From NCBI GenBank assembly GCA_048886685.1, contig JBHLKM010000009.1, forward strand, positions 107,229 through 171,228: DNA of 64,000 nt. Direction: 5' to 3'. Under the pieces are notes generated by a model, which ran no database searches, was not told the DNA's origin, and saw nothing but the letters and a program-made list of their open reading frames with translations. How positions within the stretch are numbered: position 1 is the stretch's first letter; each line of letters begins with the position of its first letter. The stretch comes from Candidatus Hodarchaeota archaeon (lineage in GTDB: Archaea > Asgardarchaeota > Lokiarchaeia > Sigyniarchaeales > SOKP01). A program made the position numbers and the translations under genes. Of the stretch, positions 29,401 to 36,821 are shown one piece after another.

Positions 29401-32400
29401 TACTACTGAACTTCTCAAAAATCTTTTGAATATGCTCTTCTTCAGAAGATTTTGGTGAAAGTGTAAAATCAACCTCAATATCTTTATATTTTTTTAATAT
29501 ATCTTTTGTAAAAAAGAAGAGAGCCTTTTTTGGTCCGATTTCTATAAATTTTCGGCCCCCATTTTGATAAATATTCAAAATCTCATCAACCCATCTAACA
29601 GGGGATGTAATTTGCTTAAGAAGGATTGATTTTATTTTGTCAGGATTATCAGGATATATTTTGCCTGTTACATTACTAAATACAGGTATTCTAGGAGATT
29701 TAAATTCTATTGTTTTCAAAAAGCTTTCCAATTTTTCTTCAGCGTGAGTGACAAATTTAGAATGAAATGCATTTGACACGTTTAATTTTAGAGCTCGAAT
29801 TTCTTTTTCTGAAAATACTTTCACTACAGATTCAACTGCCGATAACTCTCCTGATATGACCGTTTGAGATGTAGAGTTATAATTTGATATTGAAACATCA
29901 TCAATTGATAGCTCATCTAAAGTTTTCTCAACAACTTCCGGTGATATAAATATCGCCGCCATAGAACATTGAACACCAAGAGGTAACTTTGACATTGCTT
30001 CTCCCCTTTTGATTACAATTTTTAACCCATCTTCAAAACTCAATACTCCTGCTGTAGTTAAAGCCACGAATTCCCCTAAGCTATGACCTCCAACAATTCC
30101 CGGAGTTAAATCTTTAGTTTTAAAAAGTTGCAATAGAGCCATTTCAACTGAATAAATAGCCGGTTGAGTGAACTCCGTTTGTTGTAATCTATTGGAATTT
30201 TCTTCTTGTGATAAATTTGGAGATCCAAAAATTACTTCTAGTAGGTCAAAACCACCAAAATCTTTACATATATCGTTTGCTTTATCAAGTGTATCTTTGA
30301 CGACTTGGAACTTTTCGTATAATTCCCTTGACATCCCTACATATTGACTTCCTTGACCACTAAAAAGAAAACATAAATCGGTTGAATACGGAGTACTCAA
30401 ATGATCAAGTTGAGGTTCAAAATGATCATACATATGTTCTTCACATAGAGGATACGATCTAGCTTTTTCTATCGATGATATCTCGTAGGATTGAGGTAAG
30501 AATTCTTCGAGGATTACATGATAATTTGCCCCTCCAAATCCGAATGATGAAACACCGGCTCTTCTTATTCCTGTTTTGGGAGTTAACCACTCAATTGGTT
30601 CCGTATTAACATAATAAGGAGCCGTATCCCAATTTATTGTGGGATTAAGAGTTGAAATGTTAATAGATGGAGGAATAATTTTATTATGTAATGCTAATAC
30701 TGTTTTAATAATACCAGCTATACCTGCAGCACTTTTGAGGTGTCCAATTTGACTTTTTATTGACCCAATTGCTAGTTTTTGCTTTTCATTTCTTTCAGAA
30801 AACACATCGTCTAGCACATTTAATTCAGTAGCATCTCCAACGACTGTAGATGTTCCATGGCATTCAAGATATTGAATGTCTGATGGGCTTATATTACTAT
30901 TCTTTAAAGCCCGTAATATGGCTAATTTTTGTCCATCTGGATTGGGTGCAGTAATGCCCTTACCTTTTCCATCTGAAGAACCCCCATACCCCATAATAAT
31001 CGCATAAATTTTGTTCTCATCACGTAATGCATCTTCAAGGCGTTTTAAAACTAAAAATCCAGCTCCTTCTCCCATAACAAACCCGTTAGCACGAGCATCA
31101 AAGGGATATGAGCCATCTTCAGACAAAGCACCAATTTTACAGAATTTAATGTATGTTTGAGGATCCATTGAACTATCGACCCCCCCTACAAGGACTGTAT
31201 CATAATCCTTAACTAGTAACCCATTAACAGCTGTATCAATTGCGGCTAAACTAGAAGCACAAGCAGCATCAATTGTCATGCTTTTACCAGTTAAATTAAA
31301 CACGTTTGCGACTCTACCAGCAATTATGTTTGACAATTCACCTGGCATAGTATCTTCGTTAATCACTGGAATTTGATTAATTATTTTATCTTCAAGGAAA
31401 TTTAGAAGATTATTTTTTTCTTCTTTCTTCAGAATCATCAGAGAGCTTGCTTCATTGATTCTATATTTGATTTCATTAAAAAGTATACGTTTATTGCTGA
31501 GACGTTGTTTATCTCCCCCTAAGGAGTTTCCAACGATAATTGCAATGGGCAAACGTTTTTTCCCGTCAAAAGGATACCCCGCATCAAGAAGTGCTTCTTT
31601 TGCTGTAATAATAGCCCATATCTGAACTAAGTCCATCCTTTCTGCCATTTTTGGAGGAATTCGATATTTAATAGATTTAAATTCAAATTTTTTCACAAAT
31701 CCACCAATTTTTGTATATGATTTATCGGGGGATGAATGATCTTTATCATAAAAGATTTCAGGTTCCCATCTGTCTATGGGAACTTCTGTAATCGAATAAT
31801 TTTTATTCACAATATTTTTCCAGAATTGTGGAATGTCCTCAGCATCTGGAAAGAGACCTCCTAAGCCAATGATGGCTATTTTATTTACTATGGACAACTT
31901 TTTTTGTGATTTTTTATCCTTTTCCATTATTACTTGACCTAAAGAATCTTTTATTGTTTGATTCGATATTTTTTTGATAAATTTGTAACCCCCTTCAATT
32001 ATATCATAATGTATTTGGGGGATTGTTCTAATTGTATTTTGTAAGGAAATAGAATCACCTGTCATAAATGCACCTTTAACTACTTGGTCTTTTACTGAGA
32101 TCGAAGTAAATTGGGACTTCTCGCTCCCTTCTATATGATTATCATTCCAAATCTCAGCTCTGGAAGCTATTCTTAGTGCACCTAAATTGTCTTTCTCATA
32201 CAATTCTTTTCTTTGCGAAATAGAAATACCTTGCGCTTTTCGCAAAAATTCTTGCTTAATAGTGTGATGGGAAAATTCGGTAGAGATTACCCTTGCTCGA
32301 GTATTTACAGTTGTGCCAATCACTTTTGTAGATGAATTATTAAGTAATAATTCTTGATAAACTGGGGATAAAGCTCTAGTTGTCACAATTTCTTCGCTTA

Positions 32401-34060
32401 AGAGGTAAGCAGTTCCCATTTGAATACCAGGATTTATAATATCTAAATGATTTCCAATCATACCTCCCAACATAGCTGAACTTACTTCATCAATAATCCC
32501 ACCAGCAAAAATAACATTTAATTTCTCGGTGAATATATCTTTTTCCTTATCCAAATATTCTAAAATACACTCCCAAAGAATGAAAGATGATAATGTTCCA
32601 AAATGACCTCCACACTCACTACCTTCTAATATCATATAATCGAGGTTACTTTTTATGGCTTTTTTAAACATAGAAAGCACAGGTGTGTGTATTAAGACCT
32701 TATTGCCTAAATTCTTAACTTGAACACCAAGATCAATAGTACCAGCGGCAATTAAGGTGATTTCGGGACCATACTTTTTAATACATCTAAGATGTTCATC
32801 CCTACGAGTCTTTACAGCTTCTAAACCTATAATACCACAACCGTATGGCTTCTTTGATAAATCTTTCACACTAATGTTTGATAAGAGTTCAACTGTTTCA
32901 GTTGATAATAATCCACCTAAAGCTAATATTGGAAGGGCACCATTATCTGCTACTTTTCTAGCAAATTCTAATTTATCAGAGATATTCGCCATTGGCCCTT
33001 GAATAATGGGATATGTAATGTTTAGTTGTTTCGCAAATTCAGAATTTTTGGCAAAAGGCCAATGTTCTATACTATTTTGAATCTGATTAGAGATTATTTT
33101 AACTAAATCATTTAGAAATTTTTTTAAATCGCCGAACTTGGCTAAAATATAGTTCGCAAAACAAATACCATGATCACTTGGTAAAAAAGAATGGTTGGGC
33201 TCTGTATCAGAATATATATGACAATGATTTTGAAATTTGGTAATTCTATGAAGAAATTCATGTTTGAGAGTAAAATAATCATTGTTAAATTCTTCATTTA
33301 ATTTTGAAAAATCTTTTTGCTCAACTTCCTTTATTGATCGAATTGATTTATTAGCCAATTTTCCAATCAAACGATAATTATATCGTAAAGTTTCATGTAC
33401 AAGATAAAAATCATTCTCTTCAATTGTCTTAATATAATTTTTAAATTTTTGATTTAAAGGACATTCAGGTAGCAAGAATAACTGACTTTCTAATACGATT
33501 CCTAAAGTCCCACCAATAAATGCTGAACATATGTTATATACCCCAAAACCTCCCTGAATTATGAATGGAAGACCTGCTTTTTGGAATTCTTGAATGAGTA
33601 TAAAAGTATTTTTAGTTCCGACTAAACCACCTGCTTCATTCCCTTTAACAAGAAAAAAGTCTGCCCATTCCGCGGTTTCATAAGCTTCTTCTAAGTATAA
33701 CACTTCGGAAAGAATTAATTTTGAATTTTTCTGCATTATAAGAATTTCCTTATAATTTGGAGAGAATGCACAGATGATAATTGGAATTAGTTCTTGAAAT
33801 TCGAGTGCATAAAGGACTTCTTGAGAAGAAATCCGGATACCCCATATGTGATCAGAAGATAAAGATGATTTTAATTTATTAAAAAGTATTTTACATTGAT
33901 CAATATTAAGTCCTTCAAAATCTACTAAACCAATTCCCCCGGTCTGGCATATTTGAACTGAAAGTGAAGGATCTGTTATACCTTTTGGTGAATAACCCCA
34001 AATAGGAATTCTGTTTTTTAAAATTTGCTGGATATTCTTTTTCTTTTTCATAAAAATCAA
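23489..34060 (-). CDS. type I iterative FAS/PKS megasynthase (PUFA-synthase-related): ER*-ER-KS-MAT-KS-ACPx3-KR-DH-PPTase
   Basis: FabK/PfaD-like barrels (~31980-34060; GPMANISD, EGSECGGH); KS1 ~30505-31885 (DAACASS, HGTS, KSQIGH); AT ~29530-30380 (GQGSQ, GHSLG, AFHS); KS2 ~27690-29115 (NAACAS, SHETYS, KGYTGH); three ACPs ~26680-27490 (DLGIDTVKQAE); KR ~25140-25950 (TGGAQGI, DYAFAN); DH ~24260-25070 (LLDHQIQKKPVFP); PPTase ~23520-24140 (ISHS, GIDLE, WTAKEAFSKA). Confidence 0.92.
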   Translation of the reverse strand: MIFMKKKKNIQQILKNRIPIWGYSPKGITDPSLSVQICQTGGIGLVDFEGLNIDQCKILFNKLKSSLSSDHIWGIRISSQEVLYALEFQELIPIIICAFSPNYKEILIMQKNSKLILSEVLYLEEAYETAEWADFFLVKGNEAGGLVGTKNTFILIQEFQKAGLPFIIQGGFGVYNICSAFIGGTLGIVLESQLFLLPECPLNQKFKNYIKTIEENDFYLVHETLRYNYRLIGKLANKSIRSIKEVEQKDFSKLNEEFNNDYFTLKHEFLHRITKFQNHCHIYSDTEPNHSFLPSDHGICFANYILAKFGDLKKFLNDLVKIISNQIQNSIEHWPFAKNSEFAKQLNITYPIIQGPMANISDKLEFARKVADNGALPILALGGLLSTETVELLSNISVKDLSKKPYGCGIIGLEAVKTRRDEHLRCIKKYGPEITLIAAGTIDLGVQVKNLGNKVLIHTPVLSMFKKAIKSNLDYMILEGSECGGHFGTLSSFILWECILEYLDKEKDIFTEKLNVIFAGGIIDEVSSAMLGGMIGNHLDIINPGIQMGTAYLLSEEIVTTRALSPVYQELLLNNSSTKVIGTTVNTRARVISTEFSHHTIKQEFLRKAQGISISQRKELYEKDNLGALRIASRAEIWNDNHIEGSEKSQFTSISVKDQVVKGAFMTGDSISLQNTIRTIPQIHYDIIEGGYKFIKKISNQTIKDSLGQVIMEKDKKSQKKLSIVNKIAIIGLGGLFPDAEDIPQFWKNIVNKNYSITEVPIDRWEPEIFYDKDHSSPDKSYTKIGGFVKKFEFKSIKYRIPPKMAERMDLVQIWAIITAKEALLDAGYPFDGKKRLPIAIIVGNSLGGDKQRLSNKRILFNEIKYRINEASSLMILKKEEKNNLLNFLEDKIINQIPVINEDTMPGELSNIIAGRVANVFNLTGKSMTIDAACASSLAAIDTAVNGLLVKDYDTVLVGGVDSSMDPQTYIKFCKIGALSEDGSYPFDARANGFVMGEGAGFLVLKRLEDALRDENKIYAIIMGYGGSSDGKGKGITAPNPDGQKLAILRALKNSNISPSDIQYLECHGTSTVVGDATELNVLDDVFSERNEKQKLAIGSIKSQIGHLKSAAGIAGIIKTVLALHNKIIPPSINISTLNPTINWDTAPYYVNTEPIEWLTPKTGIRRAGVSSFGFGGANYHVILEEFLPQSYEISSIEKARSYPLCEEHMYDHFEPQLDHLSTPYSTDLCFLFSGQGSQYVGMSRELYEKFQVVKDTLDKANDICKDFGGFDLLEVIFGSPNLSQEENSNRLQQTEFTQPAIYSVEMALLQLFKTKDLTPGIVGGHSLGEFVALTTAGVLSFEDGLKIVIKRGEAMSKLPLGVQCSMAAIFISPEVVEKTLDELSIDDVSISNYNSTSQTVISGELSAVESVVKVFSEKEIRALKLNVSNAFHSKFVTHAEEKLESFLKTIEFKSPRIPVFSNVTGKIYPDNPDKIKSILLKQITSPVRWVDEILNIYQNGGRKFIEIGPKKALFFFTKDILKKYKDIEVDFTLSPKSSEEEHIQKIFEKFSSIKSASPIDEIKTQPPAIPDQKPKISKKSPTLEKNQNSLISNEDLSKLKQLPFFNEFLEEQKELLSSVMIQGFHNYLKKYHISIENKYDKKGSLLNSTPVVITGVGIGLPGKNRKIFDDKNIDDILDGVNLIESVSSEFQEQLYQKNIIRLEKSPNGNAKFVPIDDISKVIHLAGQMGDFNPTEDYQLNPKILNALDTTFQLAICAGYDALKDAGIPLVRSTIKTSTGKTLSGDWALPESLQDDTGIIFASAFPGYDNFAEDSQQCSNFKFNQLNSSEESVENFNRSFLFRVLSMGHSQFAQLIKAKGPNTSINAACASAPQAIGIAEDWIRTGRCKRVVVITADNVTSKNLFQWIGAGFIASGAATTKSRWEEAVLPFGEGRNGIVLGAGASAFVIEQNSEAEARGVKPIVEILGSYFGNSAYHGTRLDKDDISQRLNDFILKMEKVHGISKRELANEGMFVSHETYSPARGGSAESELRALENTFGKNAYDMIIINTKGYTGHAMGAGIEEAVAIKSMEKGKIPPIANFNKIDSNYSNFNFSKGVRERKKYALRFAAGFGSQLAIVLFRLVSYDNRFTKPNYEQWLQNVGGSGTQVFMDGRVLKMNTERISAIITTIQSPKETEIPQQSISVGKIDMIVEIKKIIALKTGYNPEDIEETYDLEEDLGIDTVKQAEIFGEIREKWKIEIDDSFNIADYRTINDIVHMLNESLGHDIVSSNSSSGLDNKSLENKLIEIISKKTGYDIEDIDPEFDLEEDLGIDTVKQAEIFGELRNDLKISEDTEINLVGLGSIKNIILKMREFLNDQNMETDISIKQQSIVLKSNEIDDINQVKNLVKKIIADKTGYDLTDIDDSYDLEEDLGIDTVKQAEIFGVLREYYKLEDNVEINIADIRTPNEITEFVIQFINKKSQSVDMELEPVKNISEVKEKSENENDDQIYVSKVVPSRVFKLLPSKENLKYKDINTLILNINSGLSNYKNLSKDFENFGLNVQIFNVDVNENLVKDLNNNNSEFPFDIDFKILILVIPDNSQYTINDSLNIFDSLFLIFQSLNLSILEKILVISPDTTFGWKQGANPLASSIGAFIKTINREFQIPIKLISSMNLGQITQEFLSWDKLEEIAYRENVRYTLLRKKVEKLPKLNYSSITEEDVLLVTGGAQGITFACIDELTNHTKPQLILLGLSPYDDSFLEYLQYTPDMLSEKKEELVKSLKSTLEKVTPVMINREWKKFLDKLDTLRNIENLKKKGLSVQYYAVDVTNDEKMKNIFQTINEETKNQITVVIHGAGIEESKSFLKKNLNMAHKIVDVKVGGFSKILKYIKIQDVKYFVTFSSIAGRYGNQGQIDYAFANAYLSRMAWEFNQRNIPFLTFDWTAWADIGMATQGSTLQILTQAGVSPVPSITGIKIFTNLVLNNFTGEYIIAGKLGIFEEMLDIEEVIDKKEYPMLEKINYQSEYIIGFNTINSEFDTYLLDHQIQKKPVFPGVMALETFAEFYHRVFDKVLTSISNINFHTPLKISVGKSVEVELTFNKSNNKISLQSKTFPTVLKGKPLIKNHFDAQFDDLVKEMRWEKDLILNPLIPLLDKTEIYELFFHGKKFQVLEEVIQLEKGKIVTKIDLPTVPIINNEEEDHFQFEPLSMECVFQTAALFDYIINNHLSLPSKASSIQIKSNQRPKYIVAKFLKKDEERSYYNSVILDEDQEIIAKIENLEIIHAQITVNLSNNLSDYLTTLKEYYHLKNNKIKNEIQVLPIAKLKDLYQINPKFFETYLTETEIENSKRFRNIKRKIEYFSGIIAAKECYRRIIAVDGSYHDFEIQKDEKGKPYYYSNKENKIIPLNLSISHSNDFSVAMISKNLVGIDLEIIESRSPSFYKEVFTESERKTILDDAYLGTIYWTAKEAFSKAIGEGFNINFRDIELKYNKKYNKFTLKSKNDLLDINRNLKDLQLRVEFSEKYVLSYCEIKPFKNKPIIQ
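26680..27490 (-). repeat. three tandem acyl-carrier-protein repeats inside the megasynthase
   Basis: II..KTGY....I....DLEEDLGIDTVKQAEIFG.[IL]R repeated three times. Confidence 0.85.
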
Positions 34061-34072
34061 CCAGTTTTATAG

Positions 34073-35644
34073 TTATACCGGGGAGATCCCATGTTTTCTT
34101 CTAGGAGTCTGTTCACGTTTAGTTTCAAAAAAGTTCAGATATTTAATGATCTCGCTGCGAGTTTCATGTGGAAAGATTACTTTATCTATATGTCCTTTTT
34201 CAGCGACTTGATAAGGATTTGAAAATTCTTTTTTATAGCATTCAGTGAAATCCTTTAATATAGCATCGGGATCTTCTACATCCTTTAAATGATTTCGAAA
34301 CAGAATCTTACATGCACCTTCAGCACCCATCACGGCAATTTGGGCCGAATTCCATGCGATATTAACATCTGCTCCCAATTCTTTTGAATTCATGACAATA
34401 TAAGCACCGCCATAAGCTTTACGAATAATAACAGTAATTTTTACGATTGTAGCTTCTGAATATGCATATAACATTTTAGCACCATGCCTGATAATTCCAG
34501 AGTGTTCTTGTTTAACGCCAGGCATAAATCCCGGAACGTCTACTAGGGTCAAAAGAGGTATATTAAAAGCATCACAGAATCTAATAAATCTTGTCGCTTT
34601 ATCCGATGCATTGTAATCTAGAGCTCCACTAAGGAACATAGGTTGATTCGCAATTATACCCACAGTCTGATTTTCTATTTTCCCGAACCCAATTATTATA
34701 TTTTTTGCCCAATCTGGAAAAAGTTCTAAAAATGAATCTTGATCCACTATTACATTAATTACACTTTTCATGTTATATGGTTCATCTTCATTTTTTGGTA
34801 CTATTTGTTCTAATAAATAGGGATCTTCACCATAAATTTGCTTTAAAGAGTGAGGAATATCATCTAAATTATTTGACGGGATATATGATAATAGTTTCTT
34901 GGTGAATTCTAATGCTTCTTCTTCAGTATCTAAGGCTTTATGACATACCCCTGAAATAGTCGAATGAACTTCTGAACCTCCTAATTCTGAAAAAGAGGTA
35001 TTTTCTCCTGTTACTGCATTTACTACTTGAGGTCCTGTTATAAACATATAAGCGTTCTTTCCACCCATAATAATAAAATCTGTTAATGCTGGACTATAAA
35101 CTGCCCCTCCAGCAGAAGTGCCTAAGATAACAGAAATTTGAGGGATAATTCCTGAAGCTCGAACATTTCGATAAAAAATATCCCCTAACCCGTCAAGGGC
35201 ATCAACTCCTTCTTGAATACGAGCACCTCCCGAATCTATTAATCCAATTAAAGGACAACCCATTTTTAAGGCTAAATCCATGATTTTACAAATTTTCTGA
35301 GCATGAGCTTTCCCTATAGTCCCTCCCAATACTGTAAAATCTTGACTATAAATGAATACTCTTCGACCCTCTATTGTACCATAACCAGTTATTACCCCAT
35401 CTCCAAGAAATTTCTTTTTTTCCATACCAAATTTATTACACTGATGCTTAACAAATGAATCAATTTCTACAAAGGTTCCGAAATCTACCAGAAATTCGAG
35501 TCTTTCCCTAGCAGTTAATTTACCCTTTTTATGTTGAATATCAATATGATCTTGTCCACCCCCTAATTTGGACTCATTTCGTAACTCTTGTAGCTTCTCT
35601 GTCAATTCAAAGTTATCTTCTGATTTACCATCCTTTAAAATCAT
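34073..35644 (-). CDS. acyl-CoA carboxylase carboxyltransferase subunit (PccB/AccD single-chain type)
   Basis: GKLTARER, QDFTVLGG, DSGGARIQEG, DVPGFMPG, RKAYGGA, KHG.SP. Confidence 0.92.
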   Translation of the reverse strand: MILKDGKSEDNFELTEKLQELRNESKLGGGQDHIDIQHKKGKLTARERLEFLVDFGTFVEIDSFVKHQCNKFGMEKKKFLGDGVITGYGTIEGRRVFIYSQDFTVLGGTIGKAHAQKICKIMDLALKMGCPLIGLIDSGGARIQEGVDALDGLGDIFYRNVRASGIIPQISVILGTSAGGAVYSPALTDFIIMGGKNAYMFITGPQVVNAVTGENTSFSELGGSEVHSTISGVCHKALDTEEEALEFTKKLLSYIPSNNLDDIPHSLKQIYGEDPYLLEQIVPKNEDEPYNMKSVINVIVDQDSFLELFPDWAKNIIIGFGKIENQTVGIIANQPMFLSGALDYNASDKATRFIRFCDAFNIPLLTLVDVPGFMPGVKQEHSGIIRHGAKMLYAYSEATIVKITVIIRKAYGGAYIVMNSKELGADVNIAWNSAQIAVMGAEGACKILFRNHLKDVEDPDAILKDFTECYKKEFSNPYQVAEKGHIDKVIFPHETRSEIIKYLNFFETKREQTPRRKHGISPV

Positions 35645-35661
35645 AATAATCCCATATTTAT

Positions 35662-35675
35662 TTAAATAAACAAGT
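35662..35675 (-). promoter_or_regulatory. 14-bp element ACTTGTTTATTTAA upstream of the carboxyltransferase-megasynthase operon
   Basis: Exact match to 20585-20598; overlaps the palindrome TTTATTTAAATAAA (35657-35670). Confidence 0.4.
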
Positions 35676-36059
35676 AATTATTTTTATCAAAAGTTAATTT
35701 ATAAAATTATTACTTGAAGACACACTATTATTAGTATTACGGGTTTGACCATATATTATTAAAAATTCTTCTTTTTTTTAATAAACCTATAATCGAGATT
35801 TTTATGAGAAGATAATTAATAATTTATTGAATTAATAAACTAATTTCAGATTTTAATATAATTTAATTCAATTTCTAAATTTGAACGTTTATAAATTTTC
35901 AATTAACTTATATAGTAAGACTTTTTTCGAGAATTATCCATTTTTTTATTTTTTGAATTAATTTAATAAAAAATCAGACAATAAATTTGAAAACAATTTA
36001 TATTAACCCGTGTATTTATTTTATTAATCTCTCTTTTAAGCAGCAGATTAGAATAAAAT

Positions 36060-36815
36060 ATGTTCTTAAAAATAAAGATTGTTCACATTGACGAAACTAA
36101 ATCTACCCAAGACAGTATAACCGAATACCTTAAAAATGATTACTATTCGTCACTATTGTTAGTTGCGAAAACGCAAACAAAAGGTCGTGGAAGAAAACAA
36201 GATGACTGGCATTCTCCAGAGGGAGGATTTTGGGCAACTCTGGGATTAACCACTTCATTAACTTTGAATGAATCACAATTAGCTTTGTTCCACTATTTTA
36301 CAGCAACATTATTATCACGAATTATTAAGGAAGAATATGATTTACAAGTTCAAATTAAGTGGCCTAATGACATATTATATGAAAATAGAAAACTAGCAGG
36401 AATCTTAATCGATTATGTAATATGTTCCCAAGAAAATTATATACTGATTGGAACGGGAGTAAATTTAAATAATTCAAGTAATGAGATGCCGGAAAGTTTA
36501 AAATCATCAGCAATTTCAATAAAAGATATATTACATAAACCAGTATCAATTGATACTTTTGCTCTAAAAATTTGTTTTTATGCAAACGAATATTATTCAC
36601 CAATTATAGAATGTAATCAAAAAAAAATTCTAGATTTAATTCAAGAATATAATCAAAACTCTCGAATTTTCGGTAAAGATGCTATTCTTGATGATTTACA
36701 AAAATATTATTGCCATGGAATTAATAAAGAAGGATTATTGCAATTTTCGAATAAAAACTCAAAGTTAAATTTAAAAATTGATGATTTAACAAGGATAAAA
36801 AAGATAATTTTCTGA
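36060..36815 (+). CDS. birA: biotin-protein ligase (class I, no HTH)
   Basis: STQ, QTKGRGR, W.SP.GG, IKWPND, KLAGIL, GTGVN. Confidence 0.9.
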   Translation: MFLKIKIVHIDETKSTQDSITEYLKNDYYSSLLLVAKTQTKGRGRKQDDWHSPEGGFWATLGLTTSLTLNESQLALFHYFTATLLSRIIKEEYDLQVQIKWPNDILYENRKLAGILIDYVICSQENYILIGTGVNLNNSSNEMPESLKSSAISIKDILHKPVSIDTFALKICFYANEYYSPIIECNQKKILDLIQEYNQNSRIFGKDAILDDLQKYYCHGINKEGLLQFSNKNSKLNLKIDDLTRIKKIIF

Positions 36816-36821
36816 TAAGCA

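Noticed and set aside
23489-34060. Calling the megasynthase a canonical PUFA synthase (pfaA) or predicting an EPA/DHA product
   Set aside because: No FabA-type DH pair or CLF was recognised and the domain order differs; the product cannot be inferred from sequence.
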